From Obrimoposthia wandeli (taxonomy: Eukaryota): a stretch of 44,238 bases of DNA. Below, one piece after another: positions 35,001 through 44,113 of the stretch. Below the pieces are notes generated by a model. That model was not told the origin of the DNA. It did not search any database and worked only from the letters and a program-made list of their open reading frames with translations. The stretch covers positions 1-44,238 of the forward strand of contig CDROCS010004985.1 of the NCBI GenBank assembly GCA_977020255.1. The letters are read 5' to 3'. Positions within the stretch are counted from its first letter, which is position 1, and the number at the start of each line of letters is the position of its first letter. The translations under genes were made by a program, and so were the position numbers.

Positions 35001-36495
35001 GCTTTATTATATGAAGTTAGACATTTATCTTTTAGCTGATCTTTTTGAGTCCTTTCGTGTAAAGTCTTTAGCAGAAGATGGGCTAGATCCCATGCATTTC
35101 TTTAGTTTACCTGGTCTTTCATGGGCAACAGCAATAAAAACTCTTAAAATTAATATCGAGTTACTGCAAGATCCCGCGATGTATCAAATGTATGATTATG
35201 GTATACGCGGTGGAATGACTTTTGTCAACAAACATCATGTTGTCAAAAATCAATCCACGGAGATTCTGTACATCGATATTAATAATTTGTATGGGTGGGC
35301 GCTTACTCAACCTCTACCTCATGCCAACTTTAAGTGGGTTTATGATGTGGATCAGTTGAATAAGTTGATGACAGATTTGGCTACTGTTGATACAGTTTCA
35401 TCCGACGTCGGCTATTTGGTTGAGGTGGACATAAAAATCCCTCCCAATGTGCATGATAAATTAGATGATCTTCCAGTAGCGCCTGTTCATCAATGCCCAC
35501 CTAATTCAAAGGTTAAGAAATTATTGTTAACCCATGAAGACAAGTTGAATTATGTTGTGCATTGGCGGATTCTTCAATTCTACTTAAAGTTGGGAGCAAA
35601 AGTTACTCGAATTCATCGTGCTATAAGCTTCAGTCAAAACTTTGTGTTTAAAGACTATATTGAGAAGAATTCAAGAAAACGTAATTTGGCCACTAACAAA
35701 TTCGATCGAGATTTTTACAAGTTAAAAAGTAATAGTCTCTTTGGAAAAACTGTAGAGGACTTGCGGAAACGTATTTGTCTACGGTTTTGCAATGATGAGC
35801 GTAAACTAATAACATATACTAGCAAGTACAACTTCAAGCGTAGTTTTACAATTGCAGATGACTTGGTAGCAGTGTTATTAGGAAAACAGAGTATTTGTCT
35901 CGATCGACCGAGTTATATAGGTCAAACGGTTTTAGACATTTCTAAACTCAGAATGTATGAGCTTCAATACATAGAATTGGAGAAATACCGACAAGAATTT
36001 AATTATGAGATCAAAATCGCGGCAGGGGACACTGACTCTTTCTTTTTAGAATGTAGGAATGTTAGTTTAAATAATCAATTATTACCAGCAATGTTTAGGG
36101 ACAACTTACTAGATATCCATAAATATCCCGCTAACCATCCTCTACACTCTATGAGTTTAAAGGACATTATCGGGAAATTTAAGGATGAAAGCGAGGGACA
36201 GGTTTCGTATGATGATTGTATTTTCCTACGCCCTAAATGCTACAGTTTACATGCATCTAATAATACATGTTCAATGAGAGCAAAGGGTGTGGGAAGAAAC
36301 AATCTTACACATGAGGCCTACCGGAAAGTTTATGATACTGGGTGTATTGAAAGCGTTGAGCAAACTAGATTTATTTCAAGAGCCCATCAACTGTATTCCC
36401 ATAAATCAACAAAAATCGCTTTGAGTAGTAATGACGACAAGCGCTTTTGGGTAGAAAAGAACGCTAGCCTGGCTTATGGACACTTCAGAATTTAA
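32058..36495 (+). CDS. POLB: Protein-primed family B DNA polymerase with spliced N-terminal leader (exons 32058-32066, 32114-32732, 32810-32896, 32945-36495; predicted 1421 aa)
   Basis: ExoI VYADFES, ExoII FHNLKGYD, ExoIII YMKLDIYLL, PolA YIDINNLYGWAL, PolB KLKSNSLFGK, PolC GDTDS; endonuclease-VII-like insert VRDHDHVTG...YNLCNL. Confidence is ~0.97 for the 33121-36495 core and lower for the spliced leader (three GT-AG introns of 47, 77 and 48 nt, all preserving frame). Confidence 0.9.
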
Positions 36496-36769
36496 ACGGT
36501 TTTCATTTTTTGATTTTTTTAGTTTAGTTTTTTAAAATTTTACATCCTTATGGCACTTAGACTCTAACTTATTTGTTATTTCGATACTTTTTTAGGATGG
36601 ACCTTATTTATTATGCCTTATCTTTGCTGACATATCTCATTGTGATGTTGTGATTAATAAATGTATTAAAAAAATTGTCTTATGTCTTTTATTATTTTAC
36701 TCTTATATTTTTAGAAATTTAAAAAATAATTCAAAATAAAACATTTAAAATTTTTATTTTTATAACACA

Positions 36770-37150
36770 CTAATTGTTTTGCAACGATAACCATAAAATA
36801 CATAAATGTCCACAGTTTCTCGTCGCAGGATCCTGATATTGTATCTTGTTGTAAAATACTCTTCTTCGTCCTTTTTGAATAGTTGAAACAAGTTTGTGTG
36901 GATAATACATTGCAAGTGGATCAAATACATGTATTGTCCACTCTCTAACATAAATAGCTATCCAATGTTCTCCTGGTAAATTCGAAGTATGAGTATTGAT
37001 AATGTAACCTCCAGATTGAAAAAATGGAATCATATCAATAGGATAAACTCCATTGAATTTATCACCCAGGACCTTCTCTGCTGATTCTTTTACTTGTTTT
37101 GAACTCAATAAAAATTAATAAATATAAATTTAAAATATGTCTTACTCCAT
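36770..37150 (-). CDS. PRO: Adenoviral-type (adenain/Ulp1-like) cysteine protease, 112 aa
   Basis: GEHW (His), VFDP (Asp), YQD (oxyanion Gln), NCG (Cys). The track start is TTG. A 42-nt intron 37145-37104 (GTAAGA...TTGAG) would give an ATG start MDSKQVKE; the acceptor is an atypical GAG. Confidence 0.9.
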
Positions 37151-37151
37151 T

Positions 37152-38381
37152 CTATAATATGACAGTTCTGTTTTTATTGATTTGTATTTCCGAATCAAAT
37201 ACTCCGTAAATAAGCACCGTAGTAGGATTTGTTAAAGCTGCATTGAACTTAATTTCTAGTCGTAAATTTCCATCCTTTGGTAGTTGGCATTGGTTTATAT
37301 CAAAGTCTGGTGCCAAAACAAATGTGAAGAACGGGCAGCTGTTTTTAAAGTCAGTGAAAGAAATACCATTGTTCATATTTTTATCTAGTTGACCCAAATT
37401 TCGAATAATAGATTGGGCATAAGCCAAAGCATAAGCGTTACCTTCGAAATCTGTTTTATATGTTTCACGATAATCAGTATTTCTTGAAAGTGTCACTGAA
37501 CCAACATTAAGATTGTCAAATTGAGTTGCATCTGTCGTATAATTTCCTAGAAACTTTGCAGTTTTTTGAAAAGAAATTAAAATGAATTTCGGTAATCTTA
37601 CATCACCAAAAATTTGATCCTTATTAAAAGCTTGTGTACCCGTACCTAAAGAATAAGATATAAGTTTAGTTTCTCTAATAGGATAACAAGCATTGTTTTT
37701 TTCCATTCCTATATTATGTGCCATTAAAACTGATTGTTCGGTTTTAACTCTTCGGACATACAATTTTGCATCCAAAATATCAAGTCTAGGTTTTAGAACG
37801 TCTGTGCTTATCAAAGAAAAATTCCATTTATTACGTTTCAAACGAAGATGTACATTAACACCGGGAATTAAATATTTCGGTTGTTCAAAGAAATTCAATC
37901 TCAAAGACTCACACATTTCGTAAGCTTTAGAACCTGCAATCCATTCTTTGCGAGTTGCATCAGTTTTATCATAACCAATGGTTGCCAAATTAGTATTTTG
38001 AGTATCAGTACTATAATTCAAAAGACTTTCAATCAAAGCTTTATGAGCATAGGAAGAATTTCCACCTTCAATTTTGACATTATTAAGAGTAACAATGGCA
38101 TCATTAAATAAAGAATTAAATAGATAATTTATAGGTGTTACATCGGCATTTTCATCTAAATTAGTACCATCCCGATTTAATACTTTTATTTGAACATAAA
38201 GCAAAGTATCATTCAAATCTAAATACTCGCTATTGGAACCATTAATATTAATTTCTAAATCGGTTAAAGTGGTTCCTGAAACTGAGTTAACAAGGAATAT
38301 TTCTTCAAAGGAAGCATTATCTACAACTACTTGTGGAAGCGGTTTATCAAGAATACATAATTCAGTTTTGGCGCAACTCAT
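37152..38381 (-). CDS. PY: Double jelly-roll major capsid protein, 409 aa
   Basis: Typical Polinton MCP sequence (start SCAKTELC.., EYLDLNDTLLYV, end GNLRLEIKF...V.IYG.F...I.I). Located between core protein and protease. Confidence 0.9.
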   Translation of the reverse strand: MSCAKTELCILDKPLPQVVVDNASFEEIFLVNSVSGTTLTDLEININGSNSEYLDLNDTLLYVQIKVLNRDGTNLDENADVTPINYLFNSLFNDAIVTLNNVKIEGGNSSYAHKALIESLLNYSTDTQNTNLATIGYDKTDATRKEWIAGSKAYEMCESLRLNFFEQPKYLIPGVNVHLRLKRNKWNFSLISTDVLKPRLDILDAKLYVRRVKTEQSVLMAHNIGMEKNNACYPIRETKLISYSLGTGTQAFNKDQIFGDVRLPKFILISFQKTAKFLGNYTTDATQFDNLNVGSVTLSRNTDYRETYKTDFEGNAYALAYAQSIIRNLGQLDKNMNNGISFTDFKNSCPFFTFVLAPDFDINQCQLPKDGNLRLEIKFNAALTNPTTVLIYGVFDSEIQINKNRTVIL

Positions 38382-38755
38382 TTTGCAAATATTGTTCCTT
38401 CAACTTTCTTACGTTTATTTATATTAATTTTTAGCTTCTTTTTACTTTTAAATCCACTACCTCCTTGGCTTTTATTTGATTTACGTTTTCTAATCAAATT
38501 AGCAACTTCAGGTAAAACATTATCAAGTTCATCAAGCGCATGCTTCTTAAAAGTTGGTATTGGTTTATTGTCATTAGATGAAAGGTAATCCTTTCCTAAT
38601 TTTGATATAAATCGCCCGAGTCTCTTTAAAAGAGGAAAGGCAAATCTACCTAATGTTCTAAGCCAGCCAGATCCGTATTGTTTACCAACAAAATATGGTA
38701 ATTCTCCACCTTGTTGGCTTTGACTATAAGCTTCAATTATTGCTGGATTCGCCAT
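38378..38755 (-). CDS. Small virion core / membrane-active protein (pVI/pVII-like; 'cupiennin-like' in adintovirus descriptions), 125 aa
   Basis: Protease-type sites QQGG, QYGSG, QGGSG; amphipathic helix WLRTLGRFAFPLLKRLG; basic tail; ATGA overlap with MCP. Confidence 0.75.
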   Translation of the reverse strand: MANPAIIEAYSQSQQGGELPYFVGKQYGSGWLRTLGRFAFPLLKRLGRFISKLGKDYLSSNDNKPIPTFKKHALDELDNVLPEVANLIRKRKSNKSQGGSGFKSKKKLKININKRKKVEGTIFAK

Positions 38756-39794
38756 TTTGTTTTCTTAAATGTATTGTTAAACTTGTCTTGGCCTCGTACG
38801 TGAAATCTATTAGTTGTCTGGAATCATCTCTAATATTTACTTCAATATTGTTTATAGAAAAGAGAGAAACTGGAAGATACATTGGTTGATCTATACACAT
38901 ACCGACAGTGTCCCCATCTCTAGTTTCATTTTTAGATATCCATATTGTTCTCAAAAGTGGAACTCGCTGTCCTCCTACAAGCGTTGGTTCTATTAAATTA
39001 GTATAAATATATAAATGATTAACAGCATTTAAAAGTTTTGCCTTATTTTTAGCTTTTATGGTTTATATTGTATGGGTTTCAAAGGTATTTCTGTTTAAAC
39101 CAAGGTTTTTAGCGAGTTTATCATCAAATGAAACTCGTTTTATATTGCTCTTTACTGTAAATGTTAATTTACCATTTAATGTTTCACATTTATCCAAATA
39201 TTCACTACATTCCTTATATATTAATTTACAGAAATTCACTTCACTATCTATTTTATAATCTTTTGAAAACGTTTTCAGTTCCACTACATACTTTGGTCTC
39301 GTTTCAACTAAAAACACTTTTGTTACTCTATCAGGAACATTTTTAAACGATTTAGATGAGGCTATATCAGATCTCTTCATACCTACTACATGTCCACTGT
39401 CAAACCCGAATTGAAGAGCTTCTCTATCAGATCTAAATATAATTTGTATAGGTTTTAAAAAATGTTTTAGTCTATTTTTAAATCTGACTTTGTTTTTTTC
39501 ATATATTACTTTCACTTCTTTATCTATACAATTGTAATAGAATTTTCCTTTACTATCAAACCCAATCACAACTTCAATTGATTTTTCATGATCAACTTCT
39601 TTTGTAAACGAAATATGTGAGTTTTTTCTGATAGTAATTGGAGAATAATAAAAGGAAAATTCTGTTAAAGCCGCTTCCCATTCTCCTTGGAGATTTATAA
39701 AATTTTCCCAATCGATAATAAAGCTACTAGCGTAATTATCTGGTTGAGTCTTCGGACATCTGTTACTAGGTAAAACCATATACATAGACTTCAT
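38733..39794 (-). pseudogene. PX: Minor capsid protein (penton), 353 codons with one in-frame TAA at 39063-39065
   Basis: N-terminus YMVLPSN...PDNYAS.F.......L.GEWEAALTE; C-terminus LYIYTNLIEP..VG....PLLR...MY.PV....I..IEV.IRD. Track ORFs 39063-39794 and 38733-38954 are the same frame across a single stop. Confidence 0.9.
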
Positions 39795-40813
39795 ATTATA
39801 TTAGATGCTGATATCCAAGTTGGATCTGAATAACCATGCCATTTAACATATGTTTACGTTTACCGGCACCCTTAGATTTTAATATTTTTTGAATATGGAA
39901 AACGCTAGGTTTATTTGATATTACTTGTTGTTCTTGCTCGAAAAATTTACCGTGAACGATATTATTGTCAGCATCTTTAATAGTATACATTATTGGATTA
40001 CTCTTTTGATCAATTTTACTTATACAAAATATTTCATCGCTCCAATTCTGATCAAAGTTTTTAATAAATGGAGTAGAGCTAATTTTCGAAATTCAAACAT
40101 ATTCGTTTTTCTTATATTTAGCTTTTTTAATATTTTCTTTTTTATTCCTGTTCATCCAAATATCCATAGAATTTTTATTAGTAACATCAACAGGTCTCAT
40201 TTCTTTTGAGACCTATATGTTCCGAGTGATTATAGGCATGTATTATTTTAGGTAAAACTTGGATCCATTTTTTATTTCCTTCTTTTGTGAAATACTTTTT
40301 TATTCGATCTCTTAGAGTACGATTAAATCTTTCTACTACTGCTGCTTTGTATTGTGAAAACACAGAGTAATGATTTATATTATTTTGTTTGATTTATATT
40401 ACTTGCTTATTATAAAATTCTTTTCCTAAATCAGTTTGCACATTTTGGGGAATGTCCTCTTTTAATATTTCTTTAATGGCTTCAAGCATAGCTATTGAAG
40501 ACTTTGCTTTAACTGGAATTGCACGAGCAAACCTGCTAAATACATCAATACATGTTAAAATATATCGATATCCCTTATTAATGGAAGAATATGGGATCAT
40601 CTCCATCAAATCCATTTGCCATAAATTATTAGAACCGCTGGTTTTGTAAGCTCTAGTTGGAAACCTTCTTCTCATCGGCTTGTTCAGACTGTAGGCTAAC
40701 TGGTCGCTCAGCCATTTCTGCGTTTTCTTGTAATTTTGTTTTGTTCTTTTTGCTAATTTTGAAACTCCTGTGTAGCCAATTGGATCTTTTGGATTGAACC
40801 ATATCTTCTCCAT
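39791..40813 (-). pseudogene. INT: Retroviral-type (rve) integrase with C-terminal chromodomain, disrupted
   Basis: D (WQMDL), D (QTDLG), E (VVERFNRTL); chromodomain tail YVKWHGYSDPTWI. Lesions: TAA 40394-40396, +1 shift ~40204-40207, TGA 40093-40095 in YV(R)ISK, -1 shift ~39852-39855. ATGA overlap with penton start. Confidence 0.92.
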
Positions 40814-40871
40814 TACAACAATTTGAATATAAAGAAAATTTAAGTTTAGGTAAAGAAGGGCTAGCACCCAT
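40653..40871 (-). CDS. Overprinted 72-aa ORF with N-myristoylation-like start (MGASPS) and a CC pair
   Basis: ATG 58 nt upstream of the integrase ATG in another frame; open through the integrase 5' region. Confidence 0.4.
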   Translation of the reverse strand: MGASPSLPKLKFSLYSNCCNGEDMVQSKRSNWLHRSFKISKKNKTKLQENAEMAERPVSLQSEQADEKKVSN

Positions 40872-40899
40872 ATCTTTAGCTGATTTTAGAAATAATTGT

Positions 40900-41228
40900 T
40901 TATGAACGTGTCGCAGCTATAATACTACTGATAATTGAAGCAACAACTGGAATAACAGCCCCTATGAAACCACCATTCTGTTTAAGAATAATATTTCGTT
41001 TCCTTTTTTACTTTTTACATTAGCAATATCTAGAAGAGTTTTTCTATATTTCTTTAATATATTTTTCCGATTTCCAACTTTTACTCGACCCAAAACTATA
41101 TTATACAAAACTTCCAATAAATCATCTACAACAAAGGATGGAAATGCTTTAAGAATAATCATTCTCTTATTAGAAGAGGCTTTGACTAAAGCTTTAAAAT
41201 AGGGTATGCTTCTTTGTATTTTCTTCAT
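40900..41228 (-). pseudogene. Conserved small Polinton virion protein (helical, QxGGF site plus hydrophobic C-tail), 1-nt frameshift
   Basis: Adding one A to the A6 run (plus T6 at 41004-41009) gives 109 aa ending KRKRNIILKQNGGFIGAVIPVVASIISSIIAATRS. Confidence 0.75.
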
Positions 41229-41259
41229 TTTAATAAAAAAGGTTCAATTTAAATATTGT

Positions 41260-41399
41260 TTATATTCGAAGCCATTTAAGTTTTTTTTTATTTTTAACTA
41301 TAGATTTGATTAATTTTTTCACTTCTATTTTCTTAATGACTTTTTTTTTGATTTCTTAGATTTTACTTTACGTTTTACTATCAACTTTGTAAAAGGCAT
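41260..41399 (-). pseudogene. Small Lys-rich basic protein, 46 aa if a 1-nt frameshift is restored
   Basis: MPFTKLIVKRKVKSKKSKKK|VIKKIEVKKLIKSIVKNKKKLKWLRI; needs one extra A in the A9 run (plus 41341-41349). Confidence 0.55.
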
Positions 41400-41406
41400 T
41401 GCGAAT

Positions 41407-42053
41407 TTATTTTTTATAATTGTTCTCTATTTGTTTATAAACAGTTACTCCCTTAGAATTAAATATGTCTGTTAAAACACGTAAATCATCTGGGCAAGCT
41501 TGTGTAAAGTCAATAAATATATACCCATGTGCTTGTTTAGCAGCATCGTGGAATGAATCAACTAGGAAGTTCTTATTTTGAGGAAATGCTTGTCTGGCCA
41601 CAAAATCAACAACTGTTTGATCTCTAGGATTTTTAAATAAAACTAAGTAATGTACATTAAGATTTCTTGTTCTATGGTGACCTCCTTGGTGAAACAGATT
41701 TTGAGTGATAAATATAACTGTAACTTCACGATGTCTTGCAATCTTTGTAAATAAATTATTAAAGTCCGATTCCTTGTTAGCCTCCTCATACAAATCATCA
41801 ATTATTATTACATCTTCTTTTTCAATCTTTCACACCAATATGCATCAAATCCTTCAATAAATTTTATACCCTTCAACTTGCAAATTTCTGTTTTGTTTAA
41901 ACCGCTTTGTCCTCCTACACCATGATGCCAATAAATATTTTTGAAACTAGATTTGAAAAGAGATTCATTTTGCAACAATTTACAGACGAAATGTGTCTTT
42001 CCACTTCCACTTGGGCCAACTATTTGAAATACAGCATTATTATTTAGCTCCAT
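41407..42053 (-). pseudogene. ATP: A32/FtsK-like packaging ATPase, 215 aa if a 1-nt frameshift is restored
   Basis: Walker A GPSGSGKT; Walker B VIIIDDL appears after adding one A to the A5 run (plus 41818-41822); RHREVTVIFITQNLF; R-finger RTRNLN. Confidence 0.92.
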
Positions 42054-42090
42054 TGCATATACTCTTTCATTTTTAATATTGTTTATATTA

Positions 42091-42372
42091 TCATAGAAGT
42101 TTCCTTATTGAAATGTACATTGTTAGAGCTATTGTAGATGAAATACAAAAATTAATTAATGAATATTTGGCTATAATTTTATTTATTTGTGTACGATTTC
42201 TAAATTCTCGAATAACGTGTGATCTAACCAATATTTCAATGTTATCTCTTGTTATATCATTATTTTTTAATTCTGATAAAATTTCTTTACCCCTAATTTT
42301 TCCAGAAAATATTTCATCGGCAAGCCGATCCACTTCATTGTCTCTATTTATAGTATTATTCATTTGAAACAA
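42091..42372 (-). CDS. Hypothetical protein, ~90 aa, with hydrophobic C-terminal segment
   Basis: Overlaps the TBP-like stop and is co-oriented with the structural module. C-terminus YSLINFCISSTIALTMYISI is TM-like. Confidence 0.55.
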   Translation of the reverse strand: MFQMNNTINRDNEVDRLADEIFSGKIRGKEILSELKNNDITRDNIEILVRSHVIREFRNRTQINKIIAKYSLINFCISSTIALTMYISIRKLL

Positions 42373-42882
42373 TAATTTTAAACGGTTTGTTTATAGAAAA
42401 TATGTAATAAGATATATTTTCTAAAATCAAATCAACAAAGTTTGGATAATCAAAAATTTTCAATCCCAATATCATAACTTTACCACTGGAAAATATATTT
42501 ACACATAGAGGTTTAAACTTCAAATAACTGAGAGCAGGAAAAATTTCTGGTTCAAAGATGCATTCTTCTTTCATTTTCTCTGCAGTTTTAAAAAGATTTA
42601 TCTGTTTCCCGAGATTAGCCGAAATCGTGATTGATTGTATTGCAGTGATTTGAATTCCAAATGGTAAATTGAACCCAAGCATTGGTATTTTGCATCCCAT
42701 AACACGACAATTTCCTAAAGAATTCAATATAAAAATAAAATAAAAAACTAACCTGTAGGAAAATTAACAACTGTGAAATTGTCAAACTTTTCTACATATT
42801 GTCTCGGCTTCCATTCATTGAATGGTAAGTACGAAACATCATCTTCTGTTCTACCTTTATAATTTATATTTACGAGTTTCAT
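42356..42882 (-). CDS. TATA-binding-protein-like protein, 162 aa, spliced (exons 42882-42753, 42714-42356)
   Basis: Repeat 2 IQSITISANLGKQINL...FEPEIFPALSY..KPLCVNIFSSGKVMILGLK aligns to TBP IQNMVGSCDV.FPIRL...YEPELFPGLIYR..KP.IVLLIFVSGKVVLTGAK. Repeat 1 MKLVNIN...TVVNFPTG/NCRVMGCK aligns to LQNIV...TALIFSSGKMVCTGAK. The intron CAG|GTTAGT...CTTTAG|G is 38 nt. Confidence 0.85.
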
Positions 42883-42884
42883 TA

Positions 42885-42920
42885 GACTGAAATTGTATTC
42901 TGTAAAATCTTCTTTATATA
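42885..42920 (-). promoter_or_regulatory. TATA + initiator core promoter of the TBP-like gene
   Basis: Minus-strand TATATAAAG at 42920-42912 and TCAGTC at 42890-42885 (A+1 is 32 nt from the TATA start), the arthropod-type Inr at canonical spacing. Confidence 0.65.
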
Positions 42921-43021
42921 TGTCTGAACCTGCTTTTTTATTGCACGTTTCTTGTAATTATCTTGCAAACCTATTATAATTGGATGCTATATTTAGTCCA
43001 ATCAAATTCAATGCTTTTGTT

Positions 43022-43095
43022 ATATTAACCAATGAGATTCATGTTTTTGTTAGAAATTAGTATAAAAGAATGCGCCATTGGAGGACAAATCATAG
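43022..43095 (+). promoter_or_regulatory. CCAAT-containing 19-bp motif plus TATAAAAG promoter of the 43099 gene
   Basis: ATATTAACCAATGAGATTC (43022-43040), TATAAAAG (43061-43068), TCA at +31 (A at 43092). Confidence 0.55.
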
Positions 43096-43098
43096 TAA

Positions 43099-43575
43099 AT
43101 GCATTCATATCAAAGACAATTATCAACAATGGACGATAGCCAACGGGTATTAAGCGATGACGAAGAAATGTTTGAAGAATCGGATAAGGATATGTATGAA
43201 GAAGTGAAACAATATTTCAAATACAAAGTCAGATTCTTGAAGAAGGCTCAGCTGATTGCTTTAGTAAATCCTGTGACAATTGAAAGAAGAAAGTTCAGCT
43301 ACTATCTATCAGGTATTCAAAAACCTGATTTTCAATATCTTAAACAGAAAATAGAAAAGGCAGTTCCGAATTTTACTTTCAATAAGAACGAATTTTATAT
43401 CCGAGGAGCCGATGAAGCATTTCTAGATGACTATGGAAGATATGTTGATATTGATGCGTTTCCGAAAAAGAAGCAATGGACTCTAACAATTCGACTTTAT
43501 GGTTACAAGAAAGATGAAATGGGAACAAAGTTGCCTATGTGGAAAATTGAACGTGCTCATATTTCTATGTTTTAA
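43099..43575 (+). CDS. Hypothetical protein, 158 aa (148 from ATG 43129), paralog of 43709-44113
   Basis: Shares L...Q.I...NPV.I, DF..LK, F.DD.G and W...IRL.GY..D..GT..P.W with the next gene. Confidence 0.75.
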   Translation: MHSYQRQLSTMDDSQRVLSDDEEMFEESDKDMYEEVKQYFKYKVRFLKKAQLIALVNPVTIERRKFSYYLSGIQKPDFQYLKQKIEKAVPNFTFNKNEFYIRGADEAFLDDYGRYVDIDAFPKKKQWTLTIRLYGYKKDEMGTKLPMWKIERAHISMF

Positions 43576-43708
43576 CTTTTGTGTGTAATAAATTGTAATC
43601 GGTTTTACTATGTTTCTTTCATTTAATAATCAGTTTTATTTGTATCTTATTTGTATCTTATGTGTATTTTTTATAAACATTGTTTTTAATCAGTTTCCTT
43701 ATTTTAGA

Positions 43709-44113
43709 ATGGATAAAAGATGTGTAGCAAATTTTTATTATCCAGAAAGAATATCAAAAGGAAAACTGTGTAATATATTAACGAGGCATCAAATTATACG
43801 AGTTATGAATCCTGTGAAAATATCAAAAGTGCAGAAAAAATATCTCATCGAAATTTTAACAACAACTGATTTTGATCAACTGAAAAATATTTTGGGATTT
43901 TACATTCCTGATTATGTATATGAAGGAAATTGTTTCGAGCTTGAAACTGATCCCAGTCTGGATTTTAAAGATGATCTAGGATATTTGATTGCTCCAATTC
44001 TAGATGAAGAACTATGGAATATCTCAATACGTCTGAATGGATATTTTGCTGATGACGGGACAATGCAGCCTCTCTGGACTTTGAGTGAAGCCAATATGTT
44101 GTTTTATGTTTAA
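43709..44113 (+). CDS. Hypothetical protein, 134 aa, tandem paralog of 43099-43575
   Basis: The track start 43610 reads through T-rich intergenic or intron-like DNA; likely start MDKRC at 43709. Followed directly by AATAAA. Confidence 0.75.
   Translation: MDKRCVANFYYPERISKGKLCNILTRHQIIRVMNPVKISKVQKKYLIEILTTTDFDQLKNILGFYIPDYVYEGNCFELETDPSLDFKDDLGYLIAPILDEELWNISIRLNGYFADDGTMQPLWTLSEANMLFYV

Noticed and set aside
37693-42367. Plus-strand ORFs antisense to capsid, penton, integrase and 42091 genes
   Set aside because: Antisense shadows of recognisable minus-strand genes.
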